A DNA stretch of 64,000 nt from Candidatus Obscuribacterales bacterium (GTDB taxonomy: Bacteria > Cyanobacteriota > Vampirovibrionia > Obscuribacterales > Obscuribacteraceae). The notes under the pieces are model-generated. The model saw nothing but the letters and a program-made list of their open reading frames with translations, did not search any database and was not told the DNA's origin. The stretch lies in NCBI GenBank assembly GCA_965228855.1, contig CBDDIJ010000002.1:2432001-2496000 (forward strand), in the 5' to 3' direction. Below, piece by piece: positions 27,694 to 37,455 of this stretch. The position numbers were made by a program, and so were the translations under genes. The stretch's first letter is position 1. The number at the start of each line of letters is the position of its first letter.

Positions 27694-27710
27694 ATTGCAT
27701 AATTGCGCAA
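27694..27710. promoter_or_regulatory. Second copy of operator candidate, upstream of the carbonic anhydrase-like gene
   Basis: ATTGCATAATTGCGCAA is 15/17 identical to ATTGCATAGTTTCGCAA at 20144-20160; both are TTGC-N8-GCAA. Confidence 0.55.
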
Positions 27711-28033
27711 GCAATTGAATTCAGCTTAGAATGGGTTTAATTGCCAACCTATCGAGGCGAATTAATTGAATATGTTTAAGTGTGCTGCGACCGCAGCCAG
27801 GCACATCTTCTCAAGTTCGTGTCAGTTGGGGAACTGCATGAGATGATGATTTCCGGTGTTTCAACCGGCGTTGCTGTGGTCGATTGCTCTGAGAGGGTTG
27901 CTGTGTCGCACCATACGAAGAGTCGGTTTCGCCAATTTTTTTCTAGTTTCGACGCCGGGCTTGAACTTTCCGAAATCGACGGCGTATGCCAGTATTATTC
28001 TGTGTCTCAGACATTTTTCACACGGTCTAACGC

Positions 28034-28684
28034 ATGACAATGAACATTCCTCCGCCTCTCAGGGGCGACGAAAATTATCGTGATTTGCTAATTCATATAG
28101 AGTCGATTCCGGACGTGCCTGCTCAATGGAAAGGCACTCCGATTGAGTCTTTTATCATGGCGCAGAATTTTGGCTGGCCGATCCAGGGCTCCGGTAAAGT
28201 CGAACTACTCATCTCTACGTGTATCGAGTTTCGCTACGCGCTGCCAATTCCGCGAATGTACGCTTATGTAATTCGGAGGGCCAGCGGGCGCGTTCTCGGT
28301 TCTGAGTTTAGCGTCGGATATACCATGGCGCAAGGTGTTAAATACCTCGCCTTGATCGGTCATAACGATTGCGGTATGGCAAAGGCGCTGACCAATGCAC
28401 CACGAGTGGTGGCAGCTCTAGTCGAGCAGGGCTGGGACACCGACCTTGCTCAGCAGTATGTCGAAAATCAGTTAAAGCGGCATGCCATCAACGATGAGCT
28501 GGATGCGCTCCGTGATGAATTCATTCGCTTGAAACGTGTTTTCCGAAAGCTGTTGATTGCCCCACTGTTCGTTTGTCTGCACGACAGCAAACTATATGTT
28601 CCGGCCTGGTACGAAAGTTTGAACGCGGAGCTTGACAAAGAAGAGCCAAAGACACCTCGAGAACTTATCGAAAATTTGATGTAG
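28034..28684 (+). CDS. Beta-class carbonic anhydrase-like protein (variant CxExR)
   Basis: TCIEFR (canonical CxDxR), YVIRRASG, and LIGHNDCGM (HxxC) zinc ligands. Confidence 0.7.
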   Translation: MTMNIPPPLRGDENYRDLLIHIESIPDVPAQWKGTPIESFIMAQNFGWPIQGSGKVELLISTCIEFRYALPIPRMYAYVIRRASGRVLGSEFSVGYTMAQGVKYLALIGHNDCGMAKALTNAPRVVAALVEQGWDTDLAQQYVENQLKRHAINDELDALRDEFIRLKRVFRKLLIAPLFVCLHDSKLYVPAWYESLNAELDKEEPKTPRELIENLM

Positions 28685-28690
28685 CTTCGG

Positions 28691-29824
28691 CTAAATCAAC
28701 TGGCGTTTAAAACGGTTAGCGCTGATAGTAAGCACCACGACTGCAGACACAGCAAGAAGAATGAGCGGAATCCATAACATGTCCAGTGTTGCGCCCTTGA
28801 GGAGCACACCTCGCGAAATGAGTGCGTAGTAGCGAAGTGGATCGAGAACTGAAATTGCCTGAAGCGGCGCCGGCATGGTATCCAGTGGTACAACGGTTCC
28901 CGACAATAGTATCAGCGGAATGTTTATGAAGAATGACGCGAGCTGCGCCTGACGCTGACTTCGGCAGACGGAGCCGAGCATCATTCCCACGCCTATGCCG
29001 ACGAAAGCGTATAGCGCTGATGCGAGCAACAGTAGCAAAAAGCTACCTCTGCAAGGCAACCCGAAAATCAGTCTAGAAGCAGTGATTGCGACGACCACGT
29101 CCACGATCAGGAACGTCGCAAGCGGAATAATCTTGGCCAGAAGGATTTCGGATGACGATGCGGGCGTCATAAGTAATTGTTCCATCGTGCCGCTTTCGCG
29201 TTCGCGAAGAACCGTTGCTGATGCGACGAGCGTGCCCGTGAGGGTGAGGCATGCGCCAAGGACGCCTGGAACGAAATACCAGCTGCTGATCAAATCCGGG
29301 TTATATAGAATTCGTATGTCTGGTTCAATGATTTTGTTTTCTCTTTCCTCTTTCTTCGCCGCTGAGTGAAATTCGTAAATCGTCCTCTGTACATTTGCGC
29401 TTGCGATACCTGCGGTGTAGGCATCTGCGCCATCTACGAGAACTTGTACTTGGGCTCCCTCATTCTTTTGCACCTTTTCGCTAAAATTAGATGGAATTAC
29501 CAGTCCGATCGTTTTCTTCCCTCGCTCCAACTCTCTAGTTAGAGCATCCTCTGATTTCATCAGCTGATTCTTTTTGAATGTGTCAGATTGCATGATTTGA
29601 CTGAGTAATTCTCGACTGTCAGCCGTCTTGGCATGATCCACGGTAGCGAGCGAAAGGTTTCGAACCTGTGGGTCTAGTGCGCCTCCGAGGATCAGCAACT
29701 GAAGAATGGGAGGCACTAGTACTAAAAACAGTAAGTACTTGTTGCGCAGGATCTCGCGGGTCTCCTTGACCACGAGCGCCCAGAGACGGCTGGAGACTAA
29801 TTTCTCTACAATTGGATTCATCAT
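28691..29824 (-). CDS. ABC-2 type transporter permease (YbhR-like)
   Basis: LVVKETREILR, RERESGTMEQLLMTP, LLSG...P..MP. ATG at 29824 overlaps the upstream TAA. Confidence 0.9.
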   Translation of the reverse strand: MMNPIVEKLVSSRLWALVVKETREILRNKYLLFLVLVPPILQLLILGGALDPQVRNLSLATVDHAKTADSRELLSQIMQSDTFKKNQLMKSEDALTRELERGKKTIGLVIPSNFSEKVQKNEGAQVQVLVDGADAYTAGIASANVQRTIYEFHSAAKKEERENKIIEPDIRILYNPDLISSWYFVPGVLGACLTLTGTLVASATVLRERESGTMEQLLMTPASSSEILLAKIIPLATFLIVDVVVAITASRLIFGLPCRGSFLLLLLASALYAFVGIGVGMMLGSVCRSQRQAQLASFFINIPLILLSGTVVPLDTMPAPLQAISVLDPLRYYALISRGVLLKGATLDMLWIPLILLAVSAVVVLTISANRFKRQLI

Positions 29825-30945
29825 TAATCCTTCTCTTGCATGCGGCGCAGAGCCATACAACTTAAACCGAGTTCAACGACGCAGAACAGAATCAGAACTA
29901 ACGGCACATACCAGACGGCCGACCATCCAGTTCCCCGCACGAAGGCGTCGCGGGTGAGTTCAATGAAATATTTTCCAGGGACTACAATCGCGAACATATT
30001 GAGAGGAAATGGAATGTTTGAAATCGGATAAACAAAACCGGACAGCAAAAGGCATGGGAAAAAGCCTATCGAAGAAGTGGCCTGGACTGCGGTAGTCTGC
30101 GAACCTGCGTATGTTCCAAGCATTAATCCAAATAAGACTGATACCAGAACATAAAGCGGCGTCGATACTACTAGTGGTGTCGGATCGCCAACGGGAAACA
30201 CGTTGAAAATGATGGCGCCGACGGTCATGACCATGATTGCCATGACCAGAGAAATCATGAAATATGGTGCGGCTTTGCCAAGCAGAAATGCCAGCGGATT
30301 CGGATTCGAGGCGTACACTCTGATCATGGTGCCTTGTTCTTTTTCTCTCGACGCAGCGACTGCAGCCAGGAGCGCAGGATACATCCAGAGGACAATCGCG
30401 AAAGCGCCCGGCACGATGAACAATCTTTCTTCTCGACCCGGGTTGAACCAGAGTCGTGTCTCAGGCACCACAGGTGATAGCTGTGCGTCCGGTTGTCGTG
30501 TCTGATGCAGCACCGACAGGAAGTAGAGGTTCGCTGCCTCTATGCTGTTGGTTAACACCTGAACGTTCGAGATGTCGGTTCCATCAATATAGACTTTGAA
30601 TGGTGACATAGAGCCAGTGAATACTTTTCCTGTAAATCCCTTTGGAATCTCAACCGCTACTTTGGCCTCTCCTCTGTCGATTGCCCTGGTAAGTGACTCG
30701 TCAGGGTCTGCGTCGGCAGGGACGAACATATTGGTAGCGTACAAACGTGCGACATATTCCCGGGACAGTGACGTGTTGTCGCTGTCACGCACCAAGACCG
30801 GGATGCTTTTCGATTCCAGCCGGATACCGAAACCAAGTAGCAACAGCGAGAAAAGTGGCAATAGAAACGCAAGTGCGACACTTAACCGGTCACGGCGAAA
30901 CTCCTTGAGCTCTTTGACTGTTTGTACGAGAAATGTGTTGAACAT
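29824..30945 (-). CDS. ABC-2 type transporter permease (YbhS-like)
   Basis: KELKEFRRDR, WFNP, REKEQGTM, LLSGFVYPISNIP. Confidence 0.9.
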   Translation of the reverse strand: MFNTFLVQTVKELKEFRRDRLSVALAFLLPLFSLLLLGFGIRLESKSIPVLVRDSDNTSLSREYVARLYATNMFVPADADPDESLTRAIDRGEAKVAVEIPKGFTGKVFTGSMSPFKVYIDGTDISNVQVLTNSIEAANLYFLSVLHQTRQPDAQLSPVVPETRLWFNPGREERLFIVPGAFAIVLWMYPALLAAVAASREKEQGTMIRVYASNPNPLAFLLGKAAPYFMISLVMAIMVMTVGAIIFNVFPVGDPTPLVVSTPLYVLVSVLFGLMLGTYAGSQTTAVQATSSIGFFPCLLLSGFVYPISNIPFPLNMFAIVVPGKYFIELTRDAFVRGTGWSAVWYVPLVLILFCVVELGLSCMALRRMQEKD

Positions 30946-33002
30946 CAGGAGTCGCCTCTCTGGTTTCGTTCGGTTAGTTTTGAAACCGCCAGGTCCGCAT
31001 CTTTTTGCATCTGTGCACGACTCTCGTCGCCATCTTCTCTGTGGCGCCGTTGAACGACGTCAATAAATGCATCTTCAAGAGTGAAGTCGATGGAACGTAA
31101 TTCGGGCTTCTCTCCGGCAGATTTTAAAATCGACTTGACCCGCTCAGTTTCATTCTCGTCGTCTAAAAGCACGTGAAGCGAGCTTCCAAATATCGCAACG
31201 CGCCAGTGGTCGAGTTGTTCAGAGAGCGTGCGGAACGCGTTTTGCGTGTCGCGCGGATTGACTTCGAACAGTATTCCTCTGTGATCGGCTTTGATTTCGG
31301 ATGGTGTTCCGCTCGCGATCACCTTGCTGTCAGCCATAAAAGCGAGGCGATTGCAAAACTCTGCTTCATCCAGGTAGTGAGTGGTTACAAGAATGGCAGC
31401 TCCATTGGTCGCGAAGTCACGAATCAGGCTCCAGAGCTGACGTCTGGCAAGAGGATCAACCCCGGCAGTAGGTTCGTCGAGAAAAATAATTTTGGGGTCG
31501 TGCATTACGGCGGCACCAAATGCGATGCGCTGTTTCCAGCCGAGGGGCAAGCTTTTCACAATTGAGTTTTCAATGTTCTGCAGGTTGCAGGCTTTGATAA
31601 CCCACTCGATCTGCTGTCTCCTGAGCTTGAGCGGAATCTCGTAGATGCCCGCGTAGAAATTCAGATTCTCGCGAACGGTGAGGTCGTCGTAGAGAGAAAA
31701 CTTCTGACTCATGTATCCGATATCTTTTCGAACGGAGACTTTTCGTAAGTCGGATTTTTCGCCAACAAGTTCGACTTCACCGCCGGTCGGCTTGGCTAGC
31801 CCGCAGAGCATTTTTATAGTTGTTGTTTTTCCCGCGCCATTTGCACCCAGCAACCCAAATATCTCTCCATATTTGATCTCCAGGCTCACATCGTCTACAG
31901 CCCTGAAATCGTCGAATGTCTTCACCAGGCTTCTCGCCTTCAGCGCAGCGCCACCGGATTCCGACTTGTTCTCGGATGATTGATTCTTCCAGTGCGGGAA
32001 TTCTACATTTGCGTTAGTCTTTTCCTTCTCTGATTCCAATTCTTTCAATTTAATGACAAAGACATTTTCTAAAGTCGGGGTGCTTTCGCGTCCCTCGCTC
32101 AGCTCCAAGCCAATATCGTTCAACTGCTGACGAATTTGTCCTTGAGCATCTTCCTTCTCGCTGGACAAAACTTCCAGCCTGTCTCCGAACGGATAGATGT
32201 CTCTGATGCTGTCTAAAGATAACTCTTGTACAATCGCAGGCGCCTCGTTCAATTTTTCGCTTGTCTTGATTTGAAAAGTCAGGCGACGCATACCGAGCGC
32301 TTCTTGCAGCTCCCGAGGTGGACCTTCGAGCTGAATCTTACCTTCATACATCAACGCGATTCTATTGCATCTTTCCGCTTCATCGAGAAAAGGCGTAGCA
32401 ATGATCGCCGTGACTCCATCATGAGACAATGTCGAAAGCGCTTGCCAGAGCTCGCGGCGCGCGATAGGGTCGAGACCAGTGGTCGGTTCATCCAGCAAAA
32501 TCAATTTCGGTTTTCCGACCAGGGCGCAGCAAAGAGCGAGCTTTTGCTTCATGCCACCGGAGAGTTTGCTGGCTAGACGGTCTTGAAATTTCAGAAGCCC
32601 CATTTTTTCAAGATGAGTCTCTTTGAGCTTTTCGATATCATCTAAATTGACGCCGCGTAATCCTGCCTGGTAAAGGAGATTCTCTTCGACTGAGAGCTCC
32701 GGATATAGAGCGGTATTTTGAGGCACGTATCCAATCCAACTTCTGGCGTCTGCTGGGCGTTTCCCCAGAATTTTGGTTTCACCGCTAGTCGGTTCCATGA
32801 CCCCAGCCAGTATTCGCAGTGCTGTCGTTTTTCCGGCGCCATCAGGACCGACGAGACCGTATAGGTCCCCTTTCTTAATATCTAGATCCAGCCCTTTAAG
32901 AGCCTCGGCGCCCTTCTTATATCGCTTTACCAGAGCGTGGACCGTCACGACGTTCTCGTCAGTATTCGAGCGAGTTTTCGGTTGTGTCATTGTGTTTGTC
33001 AC
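30945..33002 (-). CDS. ABC transporter ATP-binding protein with two NBDs (YbhF-like)
   Basis: Walker A GPDGAGKT and GANGAGKT; signatures LSGGMKQK and LPLGWKQR; two LDEPT motifs. Confidence 0.93.
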   Translation of the reverse strand: MTNTMTQPKTRSNTDENVVTVHALVKRYKKGAEALKGLDLDIKKGDLYGLVGPDGAGKTTALRILAGVMEPTSGETKILGKRPADARSWIGYVPQNTALYPELSVEENLLYQAGLRGVNLDDIEKLKETHLEKMGLLKFQDRLASKLSGGMKQKLALCCALVGKPKLILLDEPTTGLDPIARRELWQALSTLSHDGVTAIIATPFLDEAERCNRIALMYEGKIQLEGPPRELQEALGMRRLTFQIKTSEKLNEAPAIVQELSLDSIRDIYPFGDRLEVLSSEKEDAQGQIRQQLNDIGLELSEGRESTPTLENVFVIKLKELESEKEKTNANVEFPHWKNQSSENKSESGGAALKARSLVKTFDDFRAVDDVSLEIKYGEIFGLLGANGAGKTTTIKMLCGLAKPTGGEVELVGEKSDLRKVSVRKDIGYMSQKFSLYDDLTVRENLNFYAGIYEIPLKLRRQQIEWVIKACNLQNIENSIVKSLPLGWKQRIAFGAAVMHDPKIIFLDEPTAGVDPLARRQLWSLIRDFATNGAAILVTTHYLDEAEFCNRLAFMADSKVIASGTPSEIKADHRGILFEVNPRDTQNAFRTLSEQLDHWRVAIFGSSLHVLLDDENETERVKSILKSAGEKPELRSIDFTLEDAFIDVVQRRHREDGDESRAQMQKDADLAVSKLTERNQRGDS

Positions 33003-33050
33003 GCTATATTGCTCCCGGAGTTTTCATCTAGCCACCGTCCATGGTGCCCA

Positions 33051-34046
33051 CTAATGTTCGTGCCGGTCAATTACTTTTATCTTCGCATCGGCACGGACGC
33101 CGGGTTTTGCCTCGCCGCTAGAGTTGTCCAGAGCGATTTTGAGACCGAATGACTGACGCAGCCTATCGGTTTTAAAGTAGACGTTCTGAGGTGTGAAGGA
33201 CGGTCTTGCGTCGATCGCGGTCACTGTTCCTTTGAATGGTTTGTTGTCACCGCCGAGGTAAACATCGGCTTCCGAGCCGATGTTGAATTTCGAGAGGTCC
33301 TTTTCTTCCGCGAAAGCCCGCATATATGCAGACTTAGGATCAACAAGAGTCAACAGCACATTTCCTTTGCCGACAATCTCGCCGACTGATACGCTGCGCA
33401 CAGCTACGATGCCATCAATTGGGCTGGTCAGTTTAAAGTAAGAGACCTTGTTCTTTCCGGAGCTGATGGCTGATTTTGCTTGAGCTGCTGCGCTGCTGGC
33501 CTGGAAAGACATCATCTTCGCCTTGAGCATCTCGCGCTTATAAGCTTCAGCTTTCTTCGCGCGCCCTTCCGGGCTGGTGAATACTCGGCTCCAGAAGCCG
33601 TTTCCTTTCTTACGAGCTTCATTTATGTCCTTTTGAACTACGGCAACCTGGCGATTCGCCTCACTCTTCGCTTTGTTCGCTTGAGAGAGCATACTGCCCG
33701 CGCCTTTTATCTTCTTCTCAAGATTGTCGGAGTCGAGCGTGACTAGCAGCTGTCCTTTCGACACCTTCTCTCCCTCATCCACTAACACTTCGGTGACGCG
33801 TGTGCCGGTAGCCGCCATGATGTGTGTCTCATCAGCCTCTATCCGGCCGCTGACCTCGACCACATTGGGATCCGCGTGCGGATAAGCGAAGAAGGACACT
33901 GCGCATCCAAGCGCTAATAGAAGGATGCAACCGATGACGACCGCCTTAACTGTGCGAGATCCTAGGATTTGTTTCAAGAGAGGAGCGTGGCTCTTCGAGC
34001 GGTTATCTGCTTTTGGCGGTTGGGAAGCTTTTGTTTTCGTTGACAC
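33051..34046 (-). CDS. HlyD-family membrane fusion protein (YbhG-like)
   Basis: N-terminal TM, VSGRIEA, V.EGEKVSKGQLL, SPIDGIV, FTPQNVY. Confidence 0.88.
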   Translation of the reverse strand: MSTKTKASQPPKADNRSKSHAPLLKQILGSRTVKAVVIGCILLLALGCAVSFFAYPHADPNVVEVSGRIEADETHIMAATGTRVTEVLVDEGEKVSKGQLLVTLDSDNLEKKIKGAGSMLSQANKAKSEANRQVAVVQKDINEARKKGNGFWSRVFTSPEGRAKKAEAYKREMLKAKMMSFQASSAAAQAKSAISSGKNKVSYFKLTSPIDGIVAVRSVSVGEIVGKGNVLLTLVDPKSAYMRAFAEEKDLSKFNIGSEADVYLGGDNKPFKGTVTAIDARPSFTPQNVYFKTDRLRQSFGLKIALDNSSGEAKPGVRADAKIKVIDRHEH

Positions 34047-34221
34047 CGTTCAGCCTCACTTACCTTTTTATAGTGGGTATAGACGACCACCGACGTTCAA
34101 ACTGGCAGCCAGCCGAGTCGGGACGTTTCTTTCGTAGCACCTTTCAAGCTTTCCGAAGCCGGATTCAACTCGAAAATGTTTTCGATAGGAGACAGGCGGT
34201 ATTTTTCAAGAAGTTTGCTAT

Positions 34222-35586
34222 ATGGAACGTATCGCACTTGAAACCCCGGAGACCTCTCTCATGGCAAAGCATGTTCTTGTAATTTTCAATCCCGCAGCGA
34301 AATCGCAGATTGCGCCTGAAGAGTGGATTGGTAGGCTCGTTGAGGAACTCAATAAGGATGACGAATACCTTGTCTCCTTCTATCCGACTACAGCGGAGAC
34401 CACACCGCTCCACCTGGTACCGTTGTTCAAGCCGCCGCTGGATCTTGTCATCGCCGCGGGTGGCGATGGGACTGTGAGATTCGCTCTGGCAGCGCTTGCG
34501 CGCGCAAAGTCAGATATTCCTGTTGCCATTTTTCCATTGGGTACCGGAAATGTTCTCGCGCGAAACCTTGGAATTGTCGATGTGAGTTTATTTGCAGATC
34601 CACTTGAACGCGCCTATGAATATGTGAAAAACGGCTCGCCCCGCCGCATGGACATGGGGTTGATGAACGGACATTACTTTGCCGGGATGGCTGGCGTAGG
34701 CCCGCTTTCTGACGCATTCATGACGCCTGAGCGCACGCTTAAAACCAAGTTCAAACTGTTGGCTTATATTGTTGAACTTCTGAAGTCGATTGCGAAACCG
34801 GCACGAACGTTCAAAATCACCAGCGGCGGCAAAGAATTCAAAATTAAAGCCTCAGGAATTTTCATCGGCAACGTTCAGGATCTGGGCATGGGCAGAGATG
34901 TCGAGTTTGAGCAGCTCTCCGATGGATTGCTGGAGCTGCATGCCGTTAATCCGACCAATTTAAAAGAATATGTCGGGTTGGGAGCTCGGTTCGCTTCTGG
35001 TAAAGAAACCGAAGACAACCCCGACCGTGTGGTGCGAATCAAGGAAGCGGTGATTGAACTTGTGCCTCGTCAGGGAGTCAGGTCAAAGTTTCAAAAAGCA
35101 GCTCATAAACTAGTTCGCATGCTCACAGGTGAGCCACAGGAAGCTCCGGGGCGCGCTGATCAGCTCCCTTGCATGATTGATGGCGAGGAAGCTGGTGTCA
35201 CTCCTATGACAGTGAGCGTGATACCACATGCGGTGAACGTTTGGGTTCCAAATTTTGATTCGGAGGGCAATCCCATAATGGGAAAGTCGAGGTCGTCAAC
35301 GGAAAAAGAGCAGCCGGTCAAGTTGATAGCCGAGCTGTCTAATACTCAAGCCGCTCGGGTGCTCGGAATCGATGCCACTAGAACGTCTGATGCAAGGAAA
35401 ACCGAAGCAGCTGAAGGCTCTGAAACTGTTGAAGTTGACGAGGAAACGCAACTGACTGACAGTTCGAAAGAAACGGTTAAGCCGCATCTGACCGAAGGTG
35501 CTCATACTCCTGTTCCAGGGGAAGTTCAGGCTGTGATCATCGAGGTGGCGACCGCGCCGGTTGACCGGAACTCTAACGTAGCTTAG
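34222..35586 (+). CDS. Diacylglycerol kinase (YegS/DgkB) family lipid kinase with disordered C-tail
   Basis: NPAA, AAGGDGT, PLGTGNVLAR, IDGE. Confidence 0.88.
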   Translation: MERIALETPETSLMAKHVLVIFNPAAKSQIAPEEWIGRLVEELNKDDEYLVSFYPTTAETTPLHLVPLFKPPLDLVIAAGGDGTVRFALAALARAKSDIPVAIFPLGTGNVLARNLGIVDVSLFADPLERAYEYVKNGSPRRMDMGLMNGHYFAGMAGVGPLSDAFMTPERTLKTKFKLLAYIVELLKSIAKPARTFKITSGGKEFKIKASGIFIGNVQDLGMGRDVEFEQLSDGLLELHAVNPTNLKEYVGLGARFASGKETEDNPDRVVRIKEAVIELVPRQGVRSKFQKAAHKLVRMLTGEPQEAPGRADQLPCMIDGEEAGVTPMTVSVIPHAVNVWVPNFDSEGNPIMGKSRSSTEKEQPVKLIAELSNTQAARVLGIDATRTSDARKTEAAEGSETVEVDEETQLTDSSKETVKPHLTEGAHTPVPGEVQAVIIEVATAPVDRNSNVA

Positions 35587-35682
35587 TCGAATCTGGTTCA
35601 AGCACTATAAAACTATCATTAGATCTTCCATAGAACGCGGTGGACATACTTTAGAGTATGAGTGCATTCGTTGGAGTTTTAT

Positions 35683-37392
35683 ATGCAAATTTTCAAGCCA
35701 GTCAAGACAAACGACAGTCTTTTCAACAAACACGAGTCTGTGCTCAAAGACGCCACTGAAGCGGTGCATAAGCGCGTACACTACACGCCATTCCCCGAGA
35801 TGCCGTCGCCAAAGGAGTATGGGGAAACTGCCGAAGCTGACCAGAAGAGCAAATTCGAAGCTCAGCTCAACGGCAAATTCGATCGCCTGAAACAGAGTTC
35901 AGATACCTGGCTGACAAGTGACGAGGAAAGTCCGTACACTTCGAAGGCTCTCGGATTGAGCTATCCGGCGTTCTCGGACGTTGAGTCCTACATCAAGGCT
36001 GCTGACAAGGCGAGCCAAGATTGGAAGAGAACAGATGCCAAGACTAGAGCCGGCATCTTAATTGAAAGCCTGTATCGATTGAAGGCGAATTTCTTCGAAC
36101 TGGCTTTTGCCACGATGCATACAACTGGACAAGCTTTCTTGATGAGCTTCCAGGCCAGCGGTCCTCACGCTGCCGACCGCGCGCTCGAAGCCATTGCCAT
36201 CGGATATCAGGAATTGACGCGCTTCCCGGACCACATCAGTTGGGAAAAGAGCGCCGGAAAGTTCAATCTCAAACTTGAGAAATACGGGATTAACGTTGGA
36301 CGCGGATTGGGTCTGGCAATTGGCTGCAGTACCTTTCCTACCTGGAATACACTCCCCGGGCTGTATGGTTCATTGATTGCCGGAAACGCAGTTATTGTGA
36401 AGCCGCACCCGAAGGCAATCTACCCGATCGCTATCGTGATTGGAATGATTCAGGACGTTTTGAGCGAAAACGGTTTCGATCCAAACTTGGTTATGCTCGC
36501 CGTGGATAAAGCAGACAAACAGATCACGAAAGAGCTAGCTGAAAATCCTTCGATCCGTATTATCGATTTTACCGGCAGCAACACATTCGGTAGTTACGTC
36601 GAAAGCTTGCCTAACAAAATCGTGTTCACAGAGAAGGCCGGTATCAACAGCGTAATCATTGATAGCGTTGACGATCTTGAAGCAGTGGCGAAGAACATCG
36701 CGTTCAGTATCAGCCTCTACAGCGGACAAATGTGCACGGCTCCTCAGAACATTTATGTCCCCGAATCCGGTATCAAAACCAAGGATGGTGTCAAATCTCT
36801 CGCCGAGGTAGAGAATGCTATCGTTGAGGCGACGAAAGGTCTGGTTGAGCATCCGAAAGCAGGTTTTGCCGTTGCTGGAGCGATTCAAAGCAAAGACACC
36901 GTCGAGCGTATCAAGAAAGCTGGTGAACTTGGCGGCAAGATTTTGCTGGAGAGCAAGCCGATTGTTAATCCTGAGTTCGCTGACGCGCGCACTGGCAGCC
37001 CGATCATTATTGAAGTCAGCAAGGACAAACGTGATCTGATTAAGGGTGAGATGTTTGGACCGATCGTGTTCATCGTGCCCACAAAGGATACTGCAGAGAG
37101 TATTGAGCTGGCAGCGAGTGGTGCGCGCGAACATGGTGCCATTAGCTGTGGTGCTTACACAAAGGACCCAGCGATTATGGAACAAATCGCGCTGCAGATG
37201 GCAGAAGCCGGTACACCGGTTTCATTCAATCTGACAGGCATGGTGTACGTTAATCAGAACTCTGGCTTCTCGGATTTCCATGTGACTGGTGGCAACCCTG
37301 CCGGCAATGCATCGTTCACTAACCCGGAGTTCATCGTGAAGAGATTCATTCGCGTTCAATCGCGGGTTGAGGGCGATGCTCTCTCCAACTAG
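35683..37392 (+). CDS. paaN: Aldehyde dehydrogenase, phenylacetate degradation PaaN type
   Basis: MHTTGQAFLMSFQASGPHA, GCSTFPTWN, EKAGIN, YSGQMCTAPQN, FSDFHVTGGNPAGNAS. Confidence 0.82.
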   Translation: MQIFKPVKTNDSLFNKHESVLKDATEAVHKRVHYTPFPEMPSPKEYGETAEADQKSKFEAQLNGKFDRLKQSSDTWLTSDEESPYTSKALGLSYPAFSDVESYIKAADKASQDWKRTDAKTRAGILIESLYRLKANFFELAFATMHTTGQAFLMSFQASGPHAADRALEAIAIGYQELTRFPDHISWEKSAGKFNLKLEKYGINVGRGLGLAIGCSTFPTWNTLPGLYGSLIAGNAVIVKPHPKAIYPIAIVIGMIQDVLSENGFDPNLVMLAVDKADKQITKELAENPSIRIIDFTGSNTFGSYVESLPNKIVFTEKAGINSVIIDSVDDLEAVAKNIAFSISLYSGQMCTAPQNIYVPESGIKTKDGVKSLAEVENAIVEATKGLVEHPKAGFAVAGAIQSKDTVERIKKAGELGGKILLESKPIVNPEFADARTGSPIIIEVSKDKRDLIKGEMFGPIVFIVPTKDTAESIELAASGAREHGAISCGAYTKDPAIMEQIALQMAEAGTPVSFNLTGMVYVNQNSGFSDFHVTGGNPAGNASFTNPEFIVKRFIRVQSRVEGDALSN

Positions 37393-37455
37393 GTACGACA
37401 TATCACGCATCCACTGAGGGGCGCGTTAACTACTTTCGTCCTGCTCTGGCTGCGG

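Noticed and set aside
27780..28083. Short ORFs between the Ehr small subunit and the CA gene
   Set aside because: GTG starts without a clear RBS and no recognisable motifs; more likely leader sequence.
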